64,000 nucleotides of DNA from Leptonemataceae bacterium (GCA_965227295.1 OZ245742.1:5248001-5312000); one strand, 5' to 3'. Counted from the stretch's first letter, positions 9,837 through 20,331 are shown. Made by a program: numbers and translations. Notes: generated by a model not told the origin, from the letters alone.

Positions 9837-10865
9837 ATGCAGGCAGCCGTACTTCACCAGGGACAGGACCATCTTCGCATCGAAGAAACACCGACGCCGG
9901 AGCCGGGTCCCGGCGATGTTCGCGTGCGCGTGAAGTGCTGCGGCGTCTGCGGCAGCGACGTGCATGCGACCATCGGCCGCGGCCTGAAAGTGAGCGCGTA
10001 TCCGCGCATCATGGGCCACGAGTCCGCCGGCATCGTGGACGCGACCGGCCCGGGCGTGGATCGTTTCAAAGGCGGCGAGCGCGTGGTCATCGGCGCGGGA
10101 ACGTCCTGCGGCGAATGCGCGCACTGCCTGGCCGGCCGGGAAAACGCGTGTCCCCAGGTCGGCGTGCTCGGCTTTGATCGCGACGGCGCCTTCGCCGAGT
10201 ACGTCGTAGTGCCGGAACGGTACCTGCATACGTTGCCGGACGAGATTCCCTTCGAACAGGGGGCGATCCTGGCCGACGCGGTGTCCACACCTTATCAGGC
10301 CGTCAAGGTCGCGGGGAAGATGCAACCCGGCGAAAACGTCGCCGTCATCGGCTGCGGCGGCCTGGGCATTCACGGCGTCGCCATTGCCCGCGCCCTGGGG
10401 GCCGCTAAGGTCATCGCAGTAGATGTTGACGAAGGCGCCTTAAGCCACGCCGGCGAGTACGGCGCGGACGAACTGGTGAACGCGCGTAAGATCAAAAACG
10501 TCGGCAAGACTTTGAAAGAGTTCGGCGGCATGGACGTGGTCCTGGACTTCTCCGGTCACACGCGAAACATCAGCGACTCGGTGCGCGCCATGAATACCAT
10601 GGGCCGCCTCGTAATGGTGGGCATCGGCCGCGATAAGCTGGAGTTCGGCATCCCCGCGATCATGATCTTCAAACAACTCTGCGTCTGCGGTTCGTACGGC
10701 TGCGATCATCGCGCCGTGCCGGAACTCATTGAGCTCATGCAGAGCGGCAAACTGAACTTAGAGAAAAGCGTTACGTCCATGCACCCCCTCGGCGAGGTCA
10801 ACCAGTGTCTGGAAGATCTGCATCACCGTAGAGGCAACCCCATTCGTTTCGTAGTTCAGCCCTGA
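9837..10865 (+). CDS. Zinc-binding alcohol dehydrogenase (MDR family)
   Basis: CGVCGSD, GHE, CGECAHC..C structural Zn site, GCGGLG. Confidence 0.95.
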   Translation: MQAAVLHQGQDHLRIEETPTPEPGPGDVRVRVKCCGVCGSDVHATIGRGLKVSAYPRIMGHESAGIVDATGPGVDRFKGGERVVIGAGTSCGECAHCLAGRENACPQVGVLGFDRDGAFAEYVVVPERYLHTLPDEIPFEQGAILADAVSTPYQAVKVAGKMQPGENVAVIGCGGLGIHGVAIARALGAAKVIAVDVDEGALSHAGEYGADELVNARKIKNVGKTLKEFGGMDVVLDFSGHTRNISDSVRAMNTMGRLVMVGIGRDKLEFGIPAIMIFKQLCVCGSYGCDHRAVPELIELMQSGKLNLEKSVTSMHPLGEVNQCLEDLHHRRGNPIRFVVQP

Positions 10866-11500
10866 GCTCGCCGTAACGCGAAGAAGAACGGCTCGTCCAT
10901 GCCCTTGAAATCCATGAGGCCGAGCACGGTGTTCGCGTCCACTTTGCGAAAGACGTCGTGGATGGGCAGCGCGTCGTAACACATGGTGGCCGACGATTTA
11001 CCGCGGTGTTCGGTCATGCGCAGGCGCGCGGTGGTTTTCTTCGTGCTGAGAACAATCTTACCCAGACGAAAGAGATGTTTCATGAACGGCTTCTTGAGCC
11101 AGGGCTGACTGAGGGCCAGGCCCATGGGCATGAGCGCCGGATTCACGCGGAAGATGCGCCCGCCCCCGTCTTTGAAGAGCAGCGGATGCACGTGGTCCGA
11201 ATCAAGAAATGCCTTGCCGTACCAATCATAGGTTTCCAGCAATCCGTCCATGGCGTGATCCGTATGCACGCCGGAGCCCTGCCACTCACCGATCATGAAA
11301 TCCAGTTCCACGGCGGGCAGCGTGTCGAAGAGTTCCAGACATTCCGCCTGCGTACTGCGACCGGCTTCGATGGCGGCCAGGGCGCGTGTAGCGGCATTCG
11401 GACGCTTCGCGGCGGTTTTCTTTGGAGATGCGGCAGGCTTCGCGCTTTTGCGCACGGGCTTGCGAGATGATTTGACGACGGACTTTGCGGCGGTGCTCAT
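10856..11500 (-). CDS. GXWXG/DUF4334 domain protein with basic N-terminal extension
   Basis: GEWQGSG, WYGKAF, VHPL, YDALPIHDVFRKVD..TVLGLMD. Confidence 0.85.
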   Translation of the reverse strand: MSTAAKSVVKSSRKPVRKSAKPAASPKKTAAKRPNAATRALAAIEAGRSTQAECLELFDTLPAVELDFMIGEWQGSGVHTDHAMDGLLETYDWYGKAFLDSDHVHPLLFKDGGGRIFRVNPALMPMGLALSQPWLKKPFMKHLFRLGKIVLSTKKTTARLRMTEHRGKSSATMCYDALPIHDVFRKVDANTVLGLMDFKGMDEPFFFALRRAQG

Positions 11501-11598
11501 GAACAAAGCAGCGCCGCACAATGCAGCGACGCAAGCGGAATTTTTGCGGCAACGCGGGGTGCCGGTTCGTTGAAAACGCGCCGGCACTCCCGTCGTTT

Positions 11599-14550
11599 TC
11601 AGGGCCGCGGAAATACAAAGATGCGATTGCGCAGCGCTCCGGAAACGCCCGGCATCAAATTCTGGGTCGTCGATTCAAAGACAACGTAGCGCCCGTCCGC
11701 ACTTAAGGCAGGCCGTCCGAAGGCTCCGTTGTTCGCCTGACTGCCGTCGGGAGAGACGGAGACTCGCCGCGTCGAACCGCTCTGCCGATCATGCACGAAG
11801 ATTTCCCGAATGCCGTTCGTGTCCCCGCCAACGAGATTCGAAGCGTCGGAGAGAAACGTTACATAGCGGCCGTCGGCGCTGATGCGCGGTTGACTGGAAA
11901 AGCTGTTGCCCTGCGTACCGTCCGATGCCGTCGACACCCGCGTCGTCTGCCCGGTCTGTAGATCGTGCACAAAGGCGTCCGGACGAGAGTTGGTGTCCGA
12001 CGTAACCAGGTTGGACGCAAACGAGTTGAAGGTCACAAAGCGACCATCGTCGGAGATGTCCGGATCGAAGGAGCGATCGTTGCCCTGCGTGCCGTTGCTC
12101 GCCACGGACAACCGCGTCGTCGTTCCGGTCTGGCGATCGTGTACGAAAACGTCCTGTTCGCCGTTGGTGTCGCCGGCCGCCAGATTCCAGGCAGCCGAAA
12201 AAAATACAACGTAGCGCCCGTCCGCGGAAATGCGTGGTTGAAACGATACGTGGTTCGCCTGCGAACCGTCGCTCGCTACGGAGACGCGGTCTGTCTGTCC
12301 GCTCTGGCGGTCGTGTACAAACACATCCTGCCGATTGTTTGAATCGCCCGGTACCAGGTTCGTTGCCAGTGAATCGAAAGCGACGTAGCGTCCGTTCGCA
12401 CTGATGGCGGGCCGGTACGAATGCCCGTTCGCCTGGCTGCCGTCCGACGCCAGAGAGACCCGCACCGTCGTCGCCGAATTCCGATCGTGTACGAAGACGT
12501 CGTGCCGGCCATTCGTATCGTCTCCGACAAGGTTATCGGCGTTCGCATAGAAGGTTACGAATCTTCCGTCAGCGCTTATGTCCGGACGATTCGACCAGGA
12601 GTTCGCTTCGCTGCCGTCGAACGCCCGTGACACCCGGCTGGTGTCGCCACTCTGACGATCATGGACGAAGATATCGAACGTGGCGTTGGTATCACCGACA
12701 ACGAGATTCGGAGCGGAAGAATCGAATACCACATACCGACCGTCAGCACTCAATGCCGGCCAGCCGCCGTACCCGTCGGCGCTGCCGTTCGCCGCCACCG
12801 AGGCATACGTGTAGATACCGTCCGGATACCCCACGGACGCGCACGCCGGATCGCCGTCAATCGAAGGATGATTGTATGCCGTCAGAACAAACGTCCCCGT
12901 GGCCGCTAACGGCACCGTCACGGTTTCCGCCGATTCATCCACGACGCTACCCGGCACTTGCGCGTAACTGTTACTCGTCGCATCATAAGCAAACACCGTA
13001 AAGTCTTCCGAGAAACCGGCGTCGCTTAACTTATCGCCGTCATACGCAATGCGCAACGAACCCGGCGCTGCAAACACGGGCGTGCCGCTCAGGGCTTCCA
13101 CCGAATGCAATGCGCCGACCGGAATGTAGCACGATTCGATGCGTACGGGAACCGGCCGCATCGACGTTTCCACTATGAAGTCCGCGGGATCGTGAGGCGC
13201 GGGCGGCAGGAATTCGGGTGTCCCGGAATAATGCGTCTGTACGTTTTCGAAAACAAGATTGAGATCCGGAAAGTTGTACCAGTTTTCGTGCAACTCGCCG
13301 CCGGAACTGTACCAGTCCGTAAAAAATTCGTAGGCCGCGAAGATATCCCGACGTTCGTACATCCAGCGCCAGTCCACGGGAACGAGCAACGCCCAGGGAA
13401 AACCGTCGTCGTCGCGATAGAGATCGTGGCCGTCGTCGTCAAAAAACTTGCCGGCGAAGTGGACCGCGCGACCGGTATTTGCCACGTAGAGATGCAGATC
13501 GTACGGGGCCGGGCCGAGCTCGCTCTGCGACACCGGCGTATCGGGTACGATTTCGAGTTCGAAGAGATCCCCGGCCGCGAACGCCTGCCCGGGCTGAGCG
13601 TTGGCCTGCGGAATCGTGCGATCGCTACGCTCCGTAATTACGACATTCTCGAACGGTGCTGCCCGGCCCGGACTCGTCGAATGCAGCGACCCGTCCGGGC
13701 GAAAACGCCGCACCTCGTAGTCGGCCGCGGCCAGGGACAGGGTGATGCGCAGGAAATGATTGTATCCGGCAGCTTTTGCGACATGCCGATACGAACCGAC
13801 GATGCGGGCGACCTCTCCGGCCGCGTTCAGATGTTCTTCCTGACGGGCCTGGATCACATAATCGTTAAAGTCCGCGTCGCCCGGCGCGGGATACAAATCT
13901 TCGAACGCCACAGTGTAACGCCCGCGAGTGGGAAAGTGCACGCGCGTGGCGTAAGCGGCGTCACCAGGAAAGTCGTCGATTTCGTCGGCGATGCCGTCGC
14001 CGTCCGTGTCGGCCGGAGCCGTGATTGCCGACCCGTTGCGACTTGCGGTTTCGTCGAGATGAATGCTGCGATCCAGCATCAGGAGGTCTTCGAGCGGCAC
14101 ACGCTCCGCATAGACCCGTCCGCCGGTGGCAAATTCCAACTGCGCCGCGTTGGTGGTCGCCACCGTCACCAGATTACCACGTACGGTTCCGGCATCGTCC
14201 GTGAGCGCGCGAAACAAAACGCGCCCCGGACGGCCGTCGCGGAGTTCTCGCAGTTGCACCACACGGTCAACCGCAGGCCGATCGGCCACCCGCAACTGCA
14301 ATTTGAGATGTACCGCGCGCACGGTATCAAAGGCGAACGGCACATCGCCGCGCTGATCGTTGTTCGTGATGGTATAGTCCGCGGGACTCCCCGCGGGCAG
14401 CGGCAAGAATGGCTCCGTCGTGGCCGGACCGTTCGTAAGGTCCAGCAAATCGCGCAGACTCATGCGCATCGGCTCCGGGTACGCGGCGGAGTCACAGCCG
14501 ATCGCCGTTGCAAAGATACATACACTGATGAATAAGAATCGTTTTTTCAT
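11599..14550 (-). CDS. LruC-domain lipoprotein fused to a C-terminal TolB-like (PD40) beta-propeller
   Basis: AIGC lipobox; FEDLYP..GDADFNDYV and PWAL..P..W...YE..DI..AY..F..W motifs; about 7 repeats of SADGRYVVF.S.A.NLV.GDTN...DVFVHDR. Confidence 0.8.
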   Translation of the reverse strand: MKKRFLFISVCIFATAIGCDSAAYPEPMRMSLRDLLDLTNGPATTEPFLPLPAGSPADYTITNNDQRGDVPFAFDTVRAVHLKLQLRVADRPAVDRVVQLRELRDGRPGRVLFRALTDDAGTVRGNLVTVATTNAAQLEFATGGRVYAERVPLEDLLMLDRSIHLDETASRNGSAITAPADTDGDGIADEIDDFPGDAAYATRVHFPTRGRYTVAFEDLYPAPGDADFNDYVIQARQEEHLNAAGEVARIVGSYRHVAKAAGYNHFLRITLSLAAADYEVRRFRPDGSLHSTSPGRAAPFENVVITERSDRTIPQANAQPGQAFAAGDLFELEIVPDTPVSQSELGPAPYDLHLYVANTGRAVHFAGKFFDDDGHDLYRDDDGFPWALLVPVDWRWMYERRDIFAAYEFFTDWYSSGGELHENWYNFPDLNLVFENVQTHYSGTPEFLPPAPHDPADFIVETSMRPVPVRIESCYIPVGALHSVEALSGTPVFAAPGSLRIAYDGDKLSDAGFSEDFTVFAYDATSNSYAQVPGSVVDESAETVTVPLAATGTFVLTAYNHPSIDGDPACASVGYPDGIYTYASVAANGSADGYGGWPALSADGRYVVFDSSAPNLVVGDTNATFDIFVHDRQSGDTSRVSRAFDGSEANSWSNRPDISADGRFVTFYANADNLVGDDTNGRHDVFVHDRNSATTVRVSLASDGSQANGHSYRPAISANGRYVAFDSLATNLVPGDSNNRQDVFVHDRQSGQTDRVSVASDGSQANHVSFQPRISADGRYVVFFSAAWNLAAGDTNGEQDVFVHDRQTGTTTRLSVASNGTQGNDRSFDPDISDDGRFVTFNSFASNLVTSDTNSRPDAFVHDLQTGQTTRVSTASDGTQGNSFSSQPRISADGRYVTFLSDASNLVGGDTNGIREIFVHDRQSGSTRRVSVSPDGSQANNGAFGRPALSADGRYVVFESTTQNLMPGVSGALRNRIFVFPRP

Positions 14551-14718
14551 GACACCCTCCGGTTATCGTTCGCGCGGCGCACGACACCGCGCACCGTCCA
14601 CACCAGGAGGCGATTGTCAAAATTTTTTTTCGGGCGAGCCTGCAAACCTCACATTTAAAGATGAGTTGCAGATAATTAGTGAGAAATTCTTAGCAGGTCG
14701 AAGCGGGGGAACGCCGCT

Positions 14719-15915
14719 TTACGGCAACGGCACGTTCAGAACGCCGCCCGGCGCAATCGGCAGCGTGGGGCCCGCGCTGATGGTGTTTGTGCCCGGATCG
14801 TAGAGCGACGTACTGTTCGTGGAGGCGCCGTGAATGATCCAGAGCTTGCCCGCGTTGGTTCCCGAAGTGATCGAAAACGTTTGCGCACCGCTGCCGGCCA
14901 GGGCGCTGAGGCTCGGACCGCCGCCGTAGGTACCGCCGGTTTGATCGTAGATGCGGGTCAAAGTCGAAGAGCCGCCGCAGACGGTCAGAAAGTCTCCGTC
15001 GTTTACGCCGCCGGATATCTTCGTACTGTGACAGCCGTTGCTGCAGTTGCAGCCGAGAGCGGGCCCGGCCCCGAAGGTGTTGCTGGCCGGATCGTAGAGG
15101 CGCGTGGTGGCCGTTGCGCCGCCGTCGGGAATGAGATACGAGCCGCTATCCAGCTTCATAGAATGCGAACCGGCAGCGATGGTACCGCCGATGGCCGGCC
15201 CCGCGGCAAAGGAATCGCCGGCGGGATCGTAGAGCTCACCGTTGGTATTGCCGCCGATGAAGATCATGCGTTTGCCGGCCTGGACTCCGCCCTCGATGAT
15301 GAAGCTGTGACTGCCCGCTGTACCCGAGCCGCCGTTGCTCGCCAGGGGAGAGGCCTCGTTGAGATCCGTGCTCGGATTGTAACGATCCGTACCGGCCCAG
15401 CCCTGTCCGAAGCGTAGATAGATCTTGTTCGTGTGGGTTCCGGAAGAGACGACCCAGGCGTTCGCGTTGTTCCCGTAGCCGACATCCAGGCCCGGACCGT
15501 TTGCGAAAGTTTGCGTCGAAGGATCAAAGAAATAACTGCTCGTACCGGAACCGGTCAACCAGTAGCTACCGTTGCGCGCACCTCCGCTGATCAGACTGGC
15601 GCTGCAGTTCGTGTTGAACGATCCCGTGGCCGTGGGGCCGGAGCTGATCGTCGTAAGGTCGGTGAGATCGACGAGGGCCGTGGCCGTACTGCCGCCGGCC
15701 TGGAAGATGACGTATCGTTGCGGCGTCGTGCTTGTCGTGGTGCCGTCCGAATCGCTGGATGTGAGAGTGACGGCCGCGGGAGCCAGCAGGAGCGCGAGCA
15801 ATACCTGGTTCTCTTCGCGTGTGTAGTCGGAGAACGTTCGATCCGCCTGAATACAGGCCATCCCGGGGCACACCAACACAATGCAGAACAGGCCCTGTAG
15901 CAAGCGAATTCGCAT
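14719..15915 (-). CDS. Lipoprotein with kelch-like beta-propeller repeats
   Basis: GMAC lipobox; repeated GG....T.LYDP....F..GP.L blades. Confidence 0.75.
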   Translation of the reverse strand: MRIRLLQGLFCIVLVCPGMACIQADRTFSDYTREENQVLLALLLAPAAVTLTSSDSDGTTTSTTPQRYVIFQAGGSTATALVDLTDLTTISSGPTATGSFNTNCSASLISGGARNGSYWLTGSGTSSYFFDPSTQTFANGPGLDVGYGNNANAWVVSSGTHTNKIYLRFGQGWAGTDRYNPSTDLNEASPLASNGGSGTAGSHSFIIEGGVQAGKRMIFIGGNTNGELYDPAGDSFAAGPAIGGTIAAGSHSMKLDSGSYLIPDGGATATTRLYDPASNTFGAGPALGCNCSNGCHSTKISGGVNDGDFLTVCGGSSTLTRIYDQTGGTYGGGPSLSALAGSGAQTFSITSGTNAGKLWIIHGASTNSTSLYDPGTNTISAGPTLPIAPGGVLNVPLP

Positions 15916-16032
15916 ATTGCAGAGTATCGGCAGATTTACGGAACGTCAACGTAAATCGCATGCCGCTGCCCGTGCGAATTTATACGAGGAGTCTACTAAT
16001 TTCGCATGAACCACGGAAGCTGAGTCACAAAT

Positions 16033-17327
16033 CAGCGTCCGGGTCGAACGCAGCATTCTTAACAAAACGAAAATCCACAACTCCTGCGAGCCGTAGCCAA
16101 AAAGGCCCTTCACCATTGCATAACTTACCTTCTGTGTCTCACGGCAAACGCCGCGAGCTACAGCTCTTGAACTACCGGAAACTTTTCAAACGTTCGAACA
16201 CGCCCCCGAATCGTCGTGTAAGTAGCGGCCAATGTAAATTAAGCCTTTTATGGTCACGGCTGGTTCCAGCAGATGAACGGAGGTTATGCCGGGGAATGTG
16301 GTAAGGCGCACCGGAACGGCGTCTTCTTCGTAAGAAACGCTGCGATATCCGAACCGCACAACCAGCGTCCGGGTCGAGGCGGACAATCTTAACAAAACGA
16401 ATCACCACAACTCCCGCTCAGCTGTAGCCAAATCAAACCCTTAACCATTGCGCAACTTACTTTCTGTGTCTCACGGCAAACGCCGCGAGCTACAGCTCTT
16501 GAACTACCGGAAACTTTTCAAACGTTCGAACACGCCCCCGAATCGTGGTGTAAGTAGCGGCCAATGTAAATTAAGCCTTTTATGGTCACGGCTGGTTCCA
16601 GCAGATGAACGGAGGTTATGCCGGGGAATGTGGTAAGGCGCACCGGAACGGCGTCTTCTTCGTAAGAAACGCTGCGATATCCGAACCGCACAACCGACGT
16701 CCGGGTCGAGGCGGACAATCTTAACAAAACGAATCACCACAACTCCCGCTCAGCTGCAGCCAAATCAAACCCTTAACCATTGCGCAACTTACTTTCTGTG
16801 TCTTACGGCAAACGCCGCGAACCAAAGCTCCTGGACTACCGGGAGCTTTTTAGCATTCGAACACGCCCCGAATCGTGGTGTAAGTGGCGGCCAACGTAAA
16901 TTAAGCCTTTCATGGGCACGGCTGGTTCCAGCTGACGCGCGGAGTTTATGCCGGGGAATGTGGTAAGGCGCACCGGAACGGCGTCTTCTTCGTAAGAAAC
17001 GCTGCGATATCCGAACCGCACAACCGACGTCCGGGTCGAGGCGGACAATCTTAACAAAACGAATCACCACAACTCCCGCTCAGCTGTAGCCAAAAAATCC
17101 CCTTCACTATACTGCAACTTACTCCATGTTTCTCACGACGGCGGTAGCGAACTACAGCTCTTGAACTACCAGAAATGTATCGGTTGTTCGCGGACGCCCC
17201 GGATCGTGGAGTAAGTGGCGGCGAGTGTACATTAGCCTTCTTTGGGCACGGCTGGTTCCAGCTGACGAACGGAGGTCATGCCGGGGAATGTGGTACGGCG
17301 CACCGGAACGGCGTCTTCGCCGTAAAG
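16033..17327. repeat. Tandem array of four ~330-bp non-coding repeat units
   Basis: Units start at 16033, 16363, 16695 and 17025; lengths 330, 332, 330 and ~303; shared blocks such as CGTCCGGGTCGA, GGCTGGTTCCAGC and GGCGCACCGGAACGGCGTCTTC. Confidence 0.95.
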
Positions 17328-17362
17328 ATCCATTCAGCGAATCCGCGCCACGGAGCCCCGCT

Positions 17363-18589
17363 CTATTCGCGCGGCGGAATGGTGGCGTGTTCGCGACCGC
17401 GATCGCGCAGAAAATACGTAATCATCTCCCCCTTGCCCTTCACGGCGATCGGTTCCCGGGCCACGCTCGCGAACTCGTGTTGCACCAGGTCGCGCGTCCG
17501 CTGACTGACGGCAATCTCACCGGGCACGCCGTGGGATTCCATGCGACTCGCCGTGTTCACCGCGTCGCCCCAGAGATCGTAGCTGAACTTGCGCCGGCCG
17601 ATCACCCCGGCCACCACCGGCCCCGAATGCAAACCAATGCGAATGCGCAGATCATGCCTGCCCGCGGCGCGCCCGTGCTCCAGGAGACACTGCATTGCAA
17701 ATGCCATCTGAACGGCAGTTAGTGCGTGATTCTCTCGCGGCTCCGGCAGTCCGGCCACGGCCATGTAACAATCGCCGATGGTCTTGATCTTTTCCAGGCC
17801 GAAACGATCGGCCAGTTCGTCGAAGCCGGTGAAGATGTCGTTCAACATTTCGACGAGCTGCGCCGGAGCCGTTCGCCCGGCGAGAGCGGTGAAGCCGACG
17901 ATGTCGGCAAAGAGGACGGTGACCTCGTCGAGATGATCGGCGATGGGTTGTTCGCCCTGCTTCAGGCGCCCGGCGATGGACGCGGGCAATACGTTCAGCA
18001 ACAACTCCTCGGATCGCCGATGTTCGCGTTCGAGTCCGTCCTCGGCCTGGAAGTGGACGTTGCGCATGTAGCGCATGAGCAGGATCGCCCCCACCGACGC
18101 CAGGACTAAGTTCACCAGAACGCGTGTTTGTGTCACCGCCGGAGTCGCCGTCCATGGCAGCAGCGGCTTCAGTGCGAACACTTCAAAGGCTGCATAGGTA
18201 CCGATCAACAGTGCCGCCGCCGCCAGAGCCGCCGGCAGAATCAGGGACTTTTGCCGGCGCGAGAAGATGGCGAACGGCACGATCATTAAGAGCAGATAAT
18301 GGACCCAGGCGCCGGGAACCAGGCCGAAGGCGATTACGATCATGGTGAGCTGTACGTGTGCGGCTCCGAGAAACGCGATGCGTGCCGCCAGCGTCCGCCC
18401 GTGCTGGTGCAGTAAGTACAGACCGAGATACGCCAGGGCTCCGCAGTAGTTCATGATCACGGCGGCCCAGGCACCGCGCAGGATGCCCATGCTTCCGGCA
18501 ACGACCGAAATGATCAGAGCCGTCAGGATGGCGATACGCGTGAGGGCCCGGGCTTTTTGTTCGTCCCGGGGAAGTGATTCAGCGATCAT
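17363..18589 (-). CDS. Membrane-bound class III adenylate/guanylate cyclase
   Basis: 6 TM helices, LLLNVLP, FADIVGFT, KIKTIGDCYM, YDLWGDAVNTASRMES; ATGA overlap with the upstream gene. Confidence 0.93.
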   Translation of the reverse strand: MIAESLPRDEQKARALTRIAILTALIISVVAGSMGILRGAWAAVIMNYCGALAYLGLYLLHQHGRTLAARIAFLGAAHVQLTMIVIAFGLVPGAWVHYLLLMIVPFAIFSRRQKSLILPAALAAAALLIGTYAAFEVFALKPLLPWTATPAVTQTRVLVNLVLASVGAILLMRYMRNVHFQAEDGLEREHRRSEELLLNVLPASIAGRLKQGEQPIADHLDEVTVLFADIVGFTALAGRTAPAQLVEMLNDIFTGFDELADRFGLEKIKTIGDCYMAVAGLPEPRENHALTAVQMAFAMQCLLEHGRAAGRHDLRIRIGLHSGPVVAGVIGRRKFSYDLWGDAVNTASRMESHGVPGEIAVSQRTRDLVQHEFASVAREPIAVKGKGEMITYFLRDRGREHATIPPRE

Positions 18590-19692
18590 CGTTGCCACTC
18601 CGATCTTGCCAGCCAACCGAGGCCGCGCGCGTGCAGACTGTGGACGAAGAGACCGTCCGCCGTTTCGGTGGCGCCGGTGGTATCGGGATACTCGGGCTCC
18701 GCGTCCTGGTACCGCGCGAGCACGTTGCCGTCCACGTCGATGGCGACGATGTGACCGAACGGCGGCGGGACCGGAAACAAACTGCGCGGCAGTCGCATTA
18801 TCATTTTGCGCGCGAACGGGTTGCCGGCGAGCTTCTCCAAAATTTTACTGCGCGGTTTCGTAAAGCCGATCCAGTAGCGGCCGTCACGCCCGCGATTGAG
18901 ATTGTCCGGGAAACCGGCCATGCCCTCGACGATCGCTTCGACGCTGCCGCGCCGTTCCCCGCGCAGATGATAACGCAGCACCCGCGAATCGCCGGTCTCC
19001 ACGATCAACACGTAACGACCGTCCGGACTCAACGCCACCCCGTTCGCGAACTGGATGCCGTCGACGAGCACGCGCGTTTGTTTCGAAACGGGATCGTATG
19101 CCAGCAATCGACCGGTCTTACGATGTTCGAAGATGTCGTAGAGGCTCGCTTCGAAGGTGTCGCCGTACGCGGGCGGGCAGTGACGCGCCGAGGAATCAGT
19201 GAAGTAGATGGTGCCGTCCGCGGCGACATCGACGTTGTTCGCGTAACATAAAAAATCTTTCGGTTTAGCAGTGGACGGCGGACTTGCGGGCACCAGGACT
19301 TCCATGGAAGCATCGGCATTCACACGCAGCAGGCCGCGAAAGGGGTCCGCGACGATGAGCCGTCCGGTGTTATCGAAGGCGAGGCCCAGCGGCCGGCCTC
19401 CGGTATTCACGAACGTTTCGACGGAGCTGCCGTCCGGCGCCAGGCGCAGAATGTCTCCGCTCAGCACGGCCGCAAAGATCTCCCCGGTGGAACTTACGAT
19501 GACGTCCTCAGGACCGGTGCGACCGTCGAGATCCAGGACTTCAAGTTTCTTTAAGGTGTCGTCGGTTTTCAGGGCGGGAGCCGGCGGCGGCGGTTCGAAA
19601 ACGACGGGATCAATGGGCGCGGGACCGGCGAGCAGATAGAGGATGAGTACGGCGAAGGTCAGCAGAACGGCGAGGAGGATTTTCTTGATCAT
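18586..19692 (-). CDS. SMP-30/gluconolactonase/strictosidine-synthase-like (APMAP-like) protein
   Basis: GPED, GGRPLGLAFD, YFTDSS, FANGVALS, GFPDN motifs; N-terminal TM anchor. Confidence 0.9.
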   Translation of the reverse strand: MIKKILLAVLLTFAVLILYLLAGPAPIDPVVFEPPPPAPALKTDDTLKKLEVLDLDGRTGPEDVIVSSTGEIFAAVLSGDILRLAPDGSSVETFVNTGGRPLGLAFDNTGRLIVADPFRGLLRVNADASMEVLVPASPPSTAKPKDFLCYANNVDVAADGTIYFTDSSARHCPPAYGDTFEASLYDIFEHRKTGRLLAYDPVSKQTRVLVDGIQFANGVALSPDGRYVLIVETGDSRVLRYHLRGERRGSVEAIVEGMAGFPDNLNRGRDGRYWIGFTKPRSKILEKLAGNPFARKMIMRLPRSLFPVPPPFGHIVAIDVDGNVLARYQDAEPEYPDTTGATETADGLFVHSLHARGLGWLARSEWQR

Positions 19693-19758
19693 GGGTGGCC
19701 TCGATTGGAAGCCGCACACTGAGTGATTTGCCCCGGATATCAAGCGGGAAATTCCGGA

Positions 19759-19923
19759 CTATTTATAGTGATCCAGGCTCTCCACCGGCACCGGACTCCA
19801 GTTGCGCAGGACCGCGTCGATGTCCGGCAACCGATACAAAACATTCAAGGCCTCATCAACGAATTCGTGCGCCAGAAAAAGCGGCCCCGGAGTCAGAACG
19901 ATGCCGATCGGGATACCAACCAT
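19759..19923 (-). pseudogene. Short ORF or gene remnant (54 aa) next to the inverted repeat copy
   Basis: MVGIPIGIVLTPGPLFLAHEFVDEALNVLYRLPDIDAVLRNWSPVPVESLDHYK; reading frame continues upstream towards the repeat. Confidence 0.3.
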
Positions 19924-19981
19924 GAAGGCCGCATAGGGATAACGAAAACAAAAGATAACCCGCGTTCGGAAACGGTTCTCT

Positions 19982-20292
19982 CGACGAAGACGCCGTTCCG
20001 GTGCGCCTTACCACGATCCCGTCATGACCTCCGTCCATCTGCTGGAACCAGCCGTACCCAAATTCTTCTTAACATACACTCACCGTCACTTACTTCACCA
20101 TGCGGGTGCGCACATGAACGAACTGAGCGTTTCCGGGATGCAAGCGTCGCGGTTCGTCAGGTTTGCCGGAAAAAACACGGGATGCGTCGTGCGACTGTGG
20201 CGGTTTTTTTGCTACGGCTCTTCGGAGTTGTGGTTTTTCGTTTTGCCAAGAGAGTCCGCATCGACCCGGACGCGGGTATGGACTGAATCAGC
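19982..20292 (-). repeat. Fifth, more diverged, inverted copy of the ~330-bp repeat unit
   Basis: Contains reverse complements GAAGACGCCGTTCCGGTGCGCCTTACCAC, GCTGGAACCAGCCGT and TCGACCCGGACGC in mirrored order. Confidence 0.9.
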
Positions 20293-20331
20293 GAGCGGTG
20301 TTCTCGCTCTGCGAGACAGGAGATCGGCAGA

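Noticed and set aside
16172..17070. Repeated 60-93 aa ORFs inside the tandem units
   Set aside because: They occur on both strands and in several frames, indels between copies break the frames, and there is no RBS or coding-like codon bias.
16033..17327. CRISPR array
   Set aside because: Units are ~330 bp and similar along their whole length; there are no unique spacers and no cas genes.
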